From Paragordius varius (lineage: Eukaryota; Animalia; Nematomorpha): DNA of 64,000 bases. Numbering within the stretch: position 1 is the stretch's first letter; each line of letters begins with the position of its first letter. The notes below the pieces were generated by a model that worked only from the letters and a program-made list of their open reading frames with translations, was not told the DNA's origin and made no database searches. The DNA lies in assembly GCA_964247055.1 (NCBI GenBank), contig OZ176055.1:992001-1056000 (forward strand). The letters are read 5' to 3'. The position numbers and the translations under genes were made by a program. Shown in pieces: positions 1-12,281 of the stretch.

Positions 1-1312
1 TAATATTAATATATGGATTATGCATAAATTAATATATTTTGCATATTAAAAAGTATTTAATTGATGGTTTAGTTTGTATTATACTATATGGAGTAGCAAT
101 TGGCATCTCTAGGTCCAGTTAAAAGTATTTTAACTGCAATTTCTACTAAAAAAAATTTATTTTAACTAGCCCTACCGCGGTACTACAGATATAACAAGTT
201 AATAAATATAAATCATGCATTTATCCTTTGAGGCAAATCAATGGAGTTCAATCGGTCTTAAAAATTGATTTAAAATTTTTTGGACGATAGATGTCATCTT
301 ACGTGACAAATTAGATTCTTAATTCAAAATTCTAATCTGACAAAGAGGTTTTTTCCTCGAATACATAGATTATATATTTTAAGTCTGGAAAATGTATTCA
401 AATTTATGTTAAAATCATCATATACGGGTTAAGTGAGATATATATATCGTTATACGGTAATAGTTTCAAAATTAACTCAGGAGTAAAGTATGTATTTTAA
501 ACCAACATTTCAGCTCCCCTGTGCTCATTATTATATTAAGGACTTTGGCAAATTTTGAAACCTCCGTAAAAGATACAATTTTTTATTCTGCAAACAGTGA
601 TATATTTAGCAAACCCATATTGGGTATTTAATACAAAATTGAATAAACACTTTTCTAGATAATTTGCCATAAAGACAATCTGGTCATTTTATATGTGTTA
701 AATTGAAATTTAGCTGTTAAATTTTTTTAGGCCTGAATAGTAGAGTAATTTAAAATTATAAATACAAGAAATAAATTTATAAAAAACCACATTTTGGCCT
801 TGATTTTTCGTACATATTTATCTTTTAGGGTTATATATATATTAAACAATCGTAAAAATATAGGTTTTGAATGAAACAACCAAGGATTATATCATACAGT
901 TTTACTTAGCGAAAAAATATTATTCTTTACTTTAATGTTTTATTTTAATAAATTTGCCGTAAATTTTGGTTTTTAAAGATTTACCCTAAATATATTGTTT
1001 ACCCCAAACACCAAATAATGCGATATTATCTTAAATAACCGAATGCTTTTAAAAATAGTGAAATGCAGGATGATAGAATCATTGATTTTATTTTGGGAAA
1101 TTGGATAATATAGTTTGAAAAAATGCATAATACTAAGGACAAAATTAAATTGTATGTGTATATAAAATGTTTGTCATCATATCTATAAATTATAGATTAT
1201 ATGTGGAATACAAATGATATAATTGGTGATATTATAAAACGAAAAGTCAATAAGATAAAAAATCCCAGTTTCATAATAAACAAAAATTAATACATATGTT
1301 GGATATATATTA

Positions 1313-1594
1313 CAGTAAAAATTCAAAATATACTGACAAAAATTAAAAGCTAAAAGATTATATTTTTTATAGACGACAATATTTTTTAACCTTTATTTTT
1401 TTAAAATATATGTCCTATAGTTTAAGGTTGCTAAATAAGGAATCGAAATGCGCGGTAACGCTCTCAATTATACATTTCACAATTAAAATCAATCCGGTCG
1501 TATATAACATATCAAGGTTCAATTGTTTTTTTATCAAAAAAAAATATAATCCCTTAAGTTTTTACGTTTTGTCTTTATGTTTTAATTTTTACTG
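1313..1594. mobile_element. MITE family B (CAGTAAAAATT... TIRs, TA-flanked), just 3' of SLC34 stop
   Basis: Begins ta|cagtaaaaattc and ends tttttactg|ta; arms resemble the better-preserved copies at 40958 and 55049. Confidence 0.7.
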
Positions 1595-1642
1595 TATATA
1601 ATTTACAACAAATGTACTATATTATAAGTGTGAGAGTGAGTA

Positions 1643-4600
1643 TCAAGATGGATTTTCATTAGAATCTGTTGTCGTCGTATTACTATTGGCATTAGAGACA
1701 TAAACATTTGGGGCGGTGTTGGCATTTAAGCTAAGAAGGGAATTGGAATTATCGTCAAACAAAACAATTCCAGAATCATTTATGGAATTTCCGCGGGTTA
1801 AATTAGTTAATCTTGAAGCGGAAGATGCTGTTTGGGTTTGTTCTTGACTGCCATTCAATCGATTCGATGTATCCAAAATCACTGAAGCCGTATTTCGCAT
1901 CATATTAGTATGGTTGTTATCAGAAGAATGAATATTTCCATTTGTGGTGATGGCATCCTTGGGCTGTGAATCATTTAATAACTTCTCTAAACTTTCAGTG
2001 TTGCTGAAATTGGGACACTTTTTATTCTCGTCGCCTTCGGGAGAATTTCGGTTAATTTTTATTACAGATACAGGCATGGTATTTGTCTTTTGAGATCGTT
2101 CTTCTCCTTCTTCGTGTTGTTTTTGGGTCAATCGTTTTCGAATCCGATGTACCAGAGAGGTTAAAGGTTTTGTGGGAAAAAATTTTGATGATGTTTTTAT
2201 ATGCGGCGTTGGAGCCATAGAAATTGAGCCTACGCTATTCATTACATCTTGATTAACTAATTTATCCTTGTAAAGCATGAGCGGAGAGGTTCGACCACAA
2301 TCAATTTCAAATACTTTGCTGGTGGCGGTATTTGGTTGAATTTGCATACAAGCAGCGTTAGGTGAAGAGAGCTTTTGGTTTTGAGTGTCTCCCTCAACCG
2401 TAGGTGTCATACATTTATCATAAACTGCGTTTAATGAGCAATTATTATGATTAGGGGGATATTTATCTTGTCGATTAATTTTGTTTTCAAGAGTAGTTTT
2501 ATCACAGCAACATGATGGGCAAAAGCGCCCAAGTAATTTTTTTCTATTCCCTCCTTCTTCGTCCTCTCCATCGTCACCGCTTGGCTTTGTTCGTTTTTTC
2601 CGTCGAAAATTTGACGAAATAAATACTCTCATGATACGTTTTATTAAACGGTCCATAGGTTTAAGCGAATGCAGATATTCAGGCAAAAAGTCCCAATCAC
2701 GGAGGAATGGTGGTAAAAGTTTTGGCTTACACCTTTGTAATTTGTTAACAATGAGCGCGAAAGCAATTATAGTTAGTACAGGTCCAATGAAAACGCCCAA
2801 AAGTAGCCGTATCCCGCCTAAAGCACTGAGACCAAACACAAGAATTGGACATAAAAAGTAGAACCCAAGAAGGTACATGGTACTAAACCAACGGTATCTA
2901 AAGGAATAATGTAAAACATTATTTGTTAAAACATCTTACAAGGTAAATTCATATATATATACAGTAAAAATTAAAAGTATGCAGACAAAAAGTAAAAATT
3001 AAATAGCCAATATTTTTTTAAACCAGTCTTTTTGATATTGTTAATTATAACATCAATGATGACATTATAAATTATATGTGAATAATAAAATTACATTATT
3101 ATTCCTTTGTTTGGGACCCAAACAATAAGTTATATTTAAAAAAACTATGGTTTAAAATCATATGGATATCTTTTTACAAAAGTATATTTGTCTTTTAGTC
3201 GTTACGTTTTGTCTGTATAATTTTAATTATTACTGTATTAGCTCAAAAAATATCTCTTACCTGTAAACGACGTCACCCAAAAATTTTGCGATAAAGAGTG
3301 GCCAGCGCATAAATGGCAAAGGGTAAAAGAGCAGGACACCAAAAATGTTATAGAACATATGTATGAGAGCAATTTGAAGTGATGCTTTCAAACTATTGTA
3401 TGGTTGTATTGGCACAAACGTAGTTCGATTATACGGGGATGTTACATTACTTAGGCCTGAAGAGAAATTTGTTGATCCATGACCAGTTTCTAGATTATTG
3501 TAATTGATATCATCTTCATCAATATCTACTCCAGTAACTGTGAGACTTGCTATTAAACCAGTTGTCGTTGTTCCAATATTGCTACCCAGCGCCAAAGGAT
3601 AAACATTTTCAACTCTATATATATCCATCATAAAATATCATGATATTATTTGGTTGTTTTAAAGATAAAATGTTTGAGAGGAAGTTATATTTACAATAAT
3701 ATCAAAAACTTACGCCACAAGTCCGACGCCTACAAGAGGTGTTAGGGTAGAAGTAAAGATTGTACTACTTTGGATCATGAATGTCACAAAAGCCCCAAAT
3801 AAAATAGCAATGTACCCGGTGAGAAATCCCAACTTCCCCGGTAATTTGTAATTGATTATGTGCCGAATACTGACTGATATACGAGCTAAATTTTATGTTA
3901 AAATATATATGTTGTTAGATTTTTAGAGCTGAATTACGCGCTTTAGAAAACCGATCTAATTAATTTTTGCAATCAAAAGCATTTTATTAATTAAACCAGA
4001 AAATGAATGCATGTATCTACGCACAAGCATTCAGTTTATATATTAGGTTTTTTTGATTTTATGTTAATGAAAAGGAATATTGTAAAAAATTCGTCATATA
4101 CTATATTGTATAACTTTTATATGAAAATAAGCGGGTTGTAGCCAATAATTCATTTTAAAATAATAAATTCACGTATACTTTTGAGAATGGATTGCAAAAT
4201 TTTGACCATTCCAACCAAACAAAATCCCAACAGGCAGAGTGAAAATATGAGCAGTATAATTCCAACGATGTTATCGGATAGATTTGTGCGAGCAAATAGG
4301 AAATGACCTATTTTATAACATATGTAAAAATAAGCTCACATAAGCAGAGAAAAAATGGTATATTTTATACATCTTTGTTTAGTTATCACAGTAGAGTGGT
4401 CAGCTGGACCAACAATGGTATTTGATTTAGCTACGTTTCTGCACCAACGTTTAAGGATCGTTAGGTTCATGGAACCCGGCTTTGATTTGGCTATATCGTC
4501 CAAAGCCTTTTCATCCAACTATCATAATAAATTTTGTTTTTAAACTTTTTGGTATTATAAGGACGGTAAATAAGACATATATATTATATGTTAGCTTTAA

Positions 4601-7225
4601 GGTAAATTTTAAGCAAGTCAAAAATGTTAAGAAGTTTGATATAAAATAAAAAAATATATTTGGTAAATATGATCTTTGAAAAACTTTTGAATAAAATTAG
4701 TAAAGATAATATATTGTTTTAAAAACAAGAAATATTTTACCTGAATAAATTGGGATGTAAATGGTTTAGTTAAGGCTTTAAGCATTTGTTTTTGCTTGTA
4801 GTTTACTGTTTCAATCTTTAAACTGTTTATGATGGCACTCGTTGTGTGAAATAAAAATCCTAAAATAATTATAATATAAATAAATCTTTTACATCTTAAA
4901 AAATCAGTTATTAATTTTGAGAATTCGTAAGTAAAAAACCTGTTAAAAGTTCCAAGGGCAGAAAAATAACCACACTTAACCAATTAAACATATCATGGAC
5001 AGTGGCTGCGGCAAAAGCTCTCTTGTAAAACTCATTGCCGGTTAGCTTTGGTTTTTCAGTTTCTTCCTCTTTGCCTTGTTGAGTTAAGGCAGAGATTCGA
5101 CCATTTTTACCCACGGAACTTATAATACTACTTCCACCCAGTGTGGTTTTTATCGTTGAACCACCATTTGAATAAGGATATTGCTGTTGTTGTTGTTGTG
5201 AGTTTTCACCAGGCAGCACCGTAATTTCTTCCAACCCGTTGATATGATTGTGATGTAGGAAAGCACAATAATTTGGATCAAGGCCAAATGTTTCAAGAGA
5301 CCTTATAACGCTTTCTTCCTCAGCTAGATTGAGGCTTTGATTACTGAATGTATCTTCTTCGTCCTCATTCTCGCCATTGTTTGTCAACATTGTATTTGCC
5401 AGGGATAAATTAGTTTTTTCTGAAGGCGAAGACGTGGTATTATTGTTAACCATATTTTGTTTGCCAAGGGCAGCTTTTTGTGGTTTACGTTTTTTGGGTT
5501 TTTTCGTTTTCCCACTGCTACCCCCTATGATGGAAACTATGATATTGGTTATGGCTGTACCAATATCGGCACCCATTATGATTGGTATTGCTGTACGTAC
5601 CATGATAACTAGAGAAAATCAAATTAATAAAATTTAATTTATAATAAAGACGACCGACCTCACGAAGCAGTGATACTTAAACCGTGGCCGTAAAAGTGCT
5701 TTTTAAAACCCTGATTTAATAATTAACTTTGTTGATGTTTACAATTTGGAGTATAAATATCTGCAAATGTGTCAAACGATAGAATTTTTATCGGTATTAT
5801 AGCACTTGAGACAGGAAACATATTTTTTCGGCCCTTTAAAAATTTTTGTGATGTGTACAACTGTTTTATAGTGGCCGTAATTTTTAAGGGTCATAAATAA
5901 CATTATCGTTCGTTTCTTATGCATAAAAAATAAAGTTTGATAGATGTTCAATTTAAACTATATTGTTCAAGTAGGGAAGAAATACTCATTCAAAATTAAA
6001 AGTTATATGTGAAGCTTACTTCTGCTAGCTACCATGGCAATCACGACAGAAACAACCATGGAGGAACTGTGCAAAAGCGCTGCACTCAATATTCCAACCA
6101 TAAGGGCAGCGATTGGATTGCTAATGAAACTACTTTCATGGAAAACTTTTCCAGCAGTTTTTGCTATTATATGAAAATGCAAATAAATTAATTTCATTTT
6201 TTAAAATAGTTTTTATGTGCCCAACACTTGTTTTTGGAGCTATAAAATATGCGTAAGTACGTAGTTAAAATATAATCAATCAATAATTTGTGGTGACAAT
6301 ATTTACTTTACTATATTTAATTGTTATACGACGAAGCGAACAAAAGAAAGCGAACGCTATTTTAATATTATGCAATACATAACTGTTGTGTAAAAAATAC
6401 GTTATAGCTATGGCCCAAATCCAAAAAATTAACATTTTTGGATAATGCTATTTTGGGGTCACAAAAACATAAAAACATTAAATAAATTTAACATATATAG
6501 CATGAATCACATGAATTACACATTTCATTTTTGTAAAACACTCCCTAAACTATGTTTCATTAACAATTATGAATTTGAATATGTGATATTTAGCCTATGG
6601 CGTTATAAAATTTCAAAAGTACTATAGAGCCAATATACATATATAACTATTAATAATATTTTATATATAAATGCAAGAATTGAAAAATTGTCAGACACAC
6701 GAGATGTCAAAAATTTTAGACACATTGCTAATGAAAACGGTATTTTTTAAAATATGGTTATTGTTTTATTTTAAATATATCATATTTTGTTCAATAAAAA
6801 TATGATTTATTTAAAATGAAAATAGACATATTTATTATAGTAATGGTCAGACGATTTCATTTACACAATCGTTAGAATATTTTAGATATGGCTGACATAT
6901 AATTTTTTGCAAAATTTTATTAATTATTCATATACCTCCGAGGAGTCTAAATGCGGCGGACATGAAATCCAGTGAGCAGATAAAGAAGTAAAGACACGTT
7001 AGTACTCCCAAAAATTTAGTTAAACTTATTCCAGTTCTGCGGAACTTTTGCAACAAAGTTAACTCTGTATAATTAAAAATTATATTTAAGTAGTATAAAA
7101 ATTTTCCAAAAAAAAATATTTTCCAAAAGCCAAAAAAGTAGAATTTATTTACCTGCCCAATGTTTACGTGTAATCTGAATATCGGGTAACTCCCAATCCT
7201 CCTTCATTTTATCCATTTTGGACAT
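1643..7225 (-). CDS. SLC34A: Sodium-dependent phosphate cotransporter, SLC34/NaPi-II family; 10 exons, 1063 aa
   Basis: Exons 7225-7153, 7064-6936, 6163-6020, 5608-4940, 4859-4741, 4518-4371, 4307-4179, 3885-3714, 3614-3261, 2897-1643. All introns are GT-AG, phases are consistent, total 3192 nt. Family motifs: [131 protein letters not shown]. Confidence 0.95.
2962..3235. mobile_element. MITE family B filling most of the last SLC34 intron
   Basis: ta|cagtaaaaattaaaagtatgcagacaaaa ... ttttgtctgtataattttaattattactg|ta: inverted arms, TA on both sides. Confidence 0.75.
5668..5880. repeat. Dispersed repeat family F (hAT-MITE-like end); related copies at ~16560-16745 and ~31718-31905
   Basis: Shared string cttaaacc.yggcc.taaaagtgc.ttt..atggccctga ... 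atatctgcaaatgt ... cttgagaca ... ggcccyttaaatttttt at three loci. Confidence 0.65.
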
Positions 7226-7559
7226 TTTTAGGGCGTTTTGCTTTCAGTTTATGGCTAATTATAAATTGATGATGTTTGCATTAATGTTCATAAGATTGTT
7301 TTGAATTTGTTTGATAATCTTTCATGTTGGAATAGAAAAATTGTTGGGTTCCAGCAAAATTTGATTTGGGAAAAAATCGGCGGTTAATATGTTTCTCGCG
7401 CGGTTTTTATAATATGTAATGTGTGTGGTATACAATTTTATCGATAGAAAAATAAAGTTTGATAATAGGAGATATGTATATAAAAATATCCCTTTCTCCT
7501 CCGTATGTTAAAATATGTATATTAGTATAAATACGCGGGAGAATTTATTAATGATAATA

Positions 7560-7741
7560 CAGTGGCGTATGCAGTAAAAGATTGTTAGTGCAAAGTAATC
7601 TTAATGAACACAAAACAGGGGGACAATTTTCATATATTAATTATCATTCAGTCCTATTTATAAACATATCCATAATATCCCCCTGTTTTGTCTTCATTAA
7701 GATTATTTTGCACTAACAATCTTTTACTGCATACGCCACTG
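7560..7741. mobile_element. 182-bp MITE with 64-bp TIRs (CAGTGGCGTATGCAG...), TA/TAATA target duplication
   Basis: Arms 7560-7623 and 7678-7741 match at 62 of 64 nt as inverted repeats; taata lies on both sides. Confidence 0.92.
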
Positions 7742-9149
7742 TAATAAAAATTTTGCGATCTAGATCAGGTTAATAATATAAGTGTAAAGTGTGTTTGTAT
7801 GCTTATCTATACAGTAGTGTATGGTAAAAAACAACAAATGGTTGAAATTATTTATTTTTACTATATGTTTTAACATTATAATGTTTTTAATTTGAAACTA
7901 CTTTTTTTGCCACATACCTTACCGTAAAATATAACTTAAAGGTATTTTATATTATAAATATACATAAAATAAAATAAACAAATATATATATATATTATGT
8001 TATATAATAAATTATTAGAAAGGGAATATCATATATATATAAAAATAAAAAGTAAAATGTGAATATCAATAAATTATATGTGTTTTTGTCTAATCAATAA
8101 TTTTTATATATGAACGCCTAATGGCATACACATGTATATAATATGCATACATAATGTGTGATAAGGAAGTGTTGGTCTCTCCCTTTAGTAATTGCGCGCG
8201 AAAAATGGAAAATCAAACAGTCACATAAGTAAAAAAATATATTTAAAATGGCCTTCCGAAACAAGCTAATTTGATGCTAAATATATATAAAAATTAAAGC
8301 TAAAATGCAGACATTTAAAGGTTAATGGTTTGGTTTAATTGGTAGTTCGTTAGGAGAGGGAAACTGTTAGCTTTAATAGTCAAATTAAAATTTAAACTTT
8401 ACGTTTTAGTTGAGCGACACAAATACATCTGGAAAAAGTAAAAATATATATTCAAATTTAAAGTATTTTCATACTATAAATGCGCCAAACATTAATTCAC
8501 TTTTTAGCCACTCAATAAGACGTCCGTGTAAAAATAGGGTTTTTCTCACAAAAGGCGTGTTTTCGAGAAAATTTTTCGGGTAACGCTTAAGTTCATTCTC
8601 TAATATTTTTTGGATGAGTCGAACATAGTTAAAGGACAACATTTTTTAGTTTGGATTCATCTGTATTTAGCCGTTACCCTATAAAAGTGGAGTTGAATAT
8701 GTCACTAAAAATAAGATGGAATTAAAAAGTCCATAATTTTTCCCCTTTATCAGCGCTTTTAAACAACCCGTAGGGCTTATTCCATTGTAAAATATTGATA
8801 CTAATTTTTAGAATACCCAAGGCATCATATGAATTCAAATAAAAGTTGCACTCCCGCTTTATAAATTAACCCTGGGAAGAATTATATCCTCTCTATTCTA
8901 GGAAGTTATATTTTGAAAAATAGAGTAAAAGATCTAATTTATGAAATGCGCCACCATAAAACGATTTTAGGCAACTTTTTCAAAAATTAATGAGAGCATA
9001 TGGAATCAATCATAATTCCAGGTATTCGCGGTAAAAAGGCAAAAATTTTATTCAAGCGCTTTTTTGTATCAGCCTCTGGGTAGGGGTCTACTCATTTAAA
9101 ATTGCGCCACCATATCGATTGCGTTGTTTAGGAGTTGGTTGGTTTTTCC

Positions 9150-10930
9150 TAAGTCGTACGACTTTTTGGATATAGTTTTAACTATTTCTTTCCATTTTTT
9201 TCTATCTTTAACCGCTATATTGAGCTCTTTCAATGTCATTTGGTCTCTTTATTTATCGTATCCAACCACCTCATCGGTGGTCGGCCTCGTTTCCTTTGCC
9301 CTTCTACCTTCCCAAACATTGTATCTTTCTCCAGAGAATTCGATCGCATGACCTGACCAAAATATGTTAACTTTCTTTTTACAATTATCTCCAGGATGTT
9401 TGTTTTAGGTTTTATTTCTGAAATTTGATTTCCATTCTTAATTTTATCCTTCCAGGTGTATCCTAGCATCCTACGCCAGCATCTCCTTTCAAAAGCCATG
9501 AGCCTTTCTTTGTCCCTTTTTCTGAGAGTCCAACTCTCACATCCATATGTGGTGACCGGGAGTACGAAACAGTAGAGTAATCTTTTTTTGGTTTCAACTC
9601 CTACGCTTTTGTTTTTCCAAATCTTTATTAAATTAGACATCGCTTCTCTACCCAATCCTATTCTCTTTCTGATGTCAGGAGTTGAAGACCCATCCTCTGA
9701 AATTATTGTGCCCAAAAACGTTAACTGTTTAACTATTTCTATTTCTACTCCTTATATAAAAATTGAAGGCTTTTTTCCTGTACATATTATTTAGGTTTTG
9801 TTAGGATTAAGCTTAAGACCATAACTCAAACTTTCCTTTCGAATCTCTTCAATCAATTCCTTCAGATCATTTGCACTTTCAGCTATAAGAGTGGTATCGT
9901 CTGCAAACCTTAAATTATTAATTGTTCTCCCTCCTATTCTTACTCCAATATTTTTACCATCCAACTTCCTCATTATCATTTCTGTGCACATATTGAACAG
10001 ATAAGGGGATAAGCAACACCCTTGTCTGACTCCTTTCAAGATAGGTATTTCGTCTGTTTCCCCCGCTGTTGTTCTAATAATCGCTCTTTGTTTAACATAG
10101 AGAGAGCTAATCAATCTTATGTGAGACGATACTCCTACTAACTTTAATGTTTCCCACATGAGTCATAGTTAATTGAATCGAAGGCTTGTCTGTAATCAAT
10201 AAAACACATGTATAATTCTTTCTGGAACTCTTTTGATGTTTCCATTATCCTTCTCATGTTTGAGATATGGTCTCTTGTGCTTTTTCCCTTCATAAATCCG
10301 GCTTGATTTTCTGGTATTTCTGTCTGTATGATACTGTGCATCCTGTTTTGTATTACTTTTAGTAAGACCTTACTAGCGTGGCTAATAAGAGATATGTTCC
10401 GATAGTTCTCGCATTGAAGTGCATCTCCTTTTTTGTATATTGGGAGATATACAGATGATGTCCAGTCGTTTGGCCACTCACATGTTTCCCACACCTTTTG
10501 ACATAACTTGTGTAACGTTTCTACAGGAATATCTTTTATGAACTCTATTGGGATATTGTCTAATCCCATTTTGCTGTTAGGAATTTGTTTTAAGGCTAAT
10601 TCAACCTCCTCTCTTAGTATATCTGGATCACGTTCTTCTTCTTTTAATTGCAACACCTTTGCTTGAGGAGCCTGATAGAGTTTTTGCGGTATTCCTTCCA
10701 TCTTTCTCGTACTTCTGTTTGTTTGCACAATATGGTGCCATTCTCTTTTTTAATCTTTTGGGATGATATAAAAGGTTTATGAGTCAATTGCTTCAGTTTC
10801 TGGAACATTGGTTGCATTAATCCTTTTTTGTTATTTAATTCCACTTCCAGACATTGTTTATTAAGAAAATCTTCATAATCCTTCCTTGTTTGTCGTTGAT
10901 ATTCTTTGTTATATAATTTTACCATTTATA
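9150..10930 (-). pseudogene. RTE reverse transcriptase and C-terminal part, frameshifted
   Basis: ENYRNISLISHASKVLLKVI, QAGFMKG, CFIDYRQAFDS, KGVRQGCCLSPYLFN, NNLRFADDTTL, YGCESWTL, KRGRPPMRWLD spread over 4 frames. Confidence 0.95.
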
Positions 10931-11326
10931 TTTATATATACTATAAATATATTTAAAAATATGTTTCCTTTTAGTAATTTTTTCTTTGTTTTGTAGAGTT
11001 TTTTTTTGTATGCTAAGTATGTAAATTAAAGAGTAATATAATTCATAAATAATCAAAAATCATTGTTATACATATCATATCTTTTTACTCTACTCCTTAG
11101 TGCCTAATTATTTTATTTTTAGTAGCCTAGCCATAATTTCTTTATATTTTTCTATGATTGCTAGATAGAGTGAAATATTTATAATTTATCCATATTAACA
11201 ACATTTATAAAGATCACTCTTTAATTTTATTTATTCTAGATATTTTTTTTTGTAAAGAGGGTAAGTGAGAGGGAAGGCAATGGCAAACCACCCTCGTTTA
11301 TTACTGCCAAAAAATAGTGTTACTAT

Positions 11327-12281
11327 ATGAACTTAACGAGACTTTTTAAAGTTGGATGCTGGAACGTACGTTCCTTAACAGAAACAAAACAAGTGATAAT
11401 TGAAAAAGAAATGGAAAGATTAAACTTAGATATACCGGGTCTAACGGCAAAAAAGGTGGCGCGAAAGTACAAAACGAAAATTATACATTGTTAAGATCGG
11501 GGAGAGATGACCAGAAATTAGAAGGCGTTGCAATATTAATAAAAAACAAATTAAATAAAAGTCTCATTAGTTATACACCATATACATTCAGAATCATGAG
11601 TATTAGGCTGAATGCCAAGCCACTTAAATTTACATACATAGTAGTCTATGCTCCTACGTCAAACGCTCCCAAAGAAGACATAGAGGACTTTTATGCAACG
11701 TTGCAAATAGTTTTGGATGAAACGAAGAAAGGAGATATGATTATCATAGGAGGGGATTGGAACAACAAAGTCGGGAGAGTTAGAGTAGATCAAATAGTTG
11801 GCCCATATGGATTGGGAGAACGAAACGAGGCCGGTGAAGCACTGATCAATTTTTTTCAAGAAAATGAGATGATGATAACCAACACATGGTTTCCACAACA
11901 CAATAGGAGGTTATACACATAGACCTCCCCATGTGGTAAATATAAGAACCAAATTTATTACATAATATGTCCTCAAAAATGGAATAGCTCTATAATCGAC
12001 CAAAACAAGCAAAAGCAGCGATTGCTCTAGCGATCATGAGCTTCTAGTAACCAAAATCGAACTTAAAATAATTAAAAATAAGGTTAAACAGATATACAGA
12101 TATGACACTCGGAACATTCCAAATAGTTTTGGAACAGAAACAAAAGATAGATTAGAAAGATTGGGCAGTGAATGTGGCTCAGAACAATTATGGGTAACGA
12201 TAAAAAATGTTGTTAATGAAGTGGCAAAAGAAAAAGTGCAGAGAGTAAAGAGGAAAAATAACAAATGGATATCAGAAAAGA
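11327..12281 (+). pseudogene. RTE apurinic-like endonuclease (APE) N-terminal part, frameshifted
   Basis: ATG at 11327: MNLTRLFKVGCWNVRSL..EMERLNLDI, then EGVAILI, VVYAPTS, IIGGDWN.KVG, GLGERNEAG, NTWF, SDHELL; ends KNNKWISEK at the TSD. Confidence 0.92.

Larger units (their letters stand above)
9137..12281. mobile_element. RTE-clade (BovB-like) non-LTR retrotransposon, ~3.15 kb, with inverted 5' half
   Basis: Perfect 11-bp TSD GTTTAGGAGTT at 9126-9136 and 12282-12292. RT half on minus, endonuclease half on plus. The 3' end (minus) has an agtcgtacgact palindrome and a short (ccaa)n tail. Confidence 0.93.

Noticed and set aside
2481-2861. Plus-strand 126-aa ORF; likewise the plus-strand ORFs inside 28900-34350
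   Set aside because: Antisense shadows of real minus-strand exons.
4627-4983. Apparent programmed frameshift between two overlapping SLC34 ORFs
   Set aside because: An 80-bp GT-AG intron (4939-4860) restores the frame and the homology.
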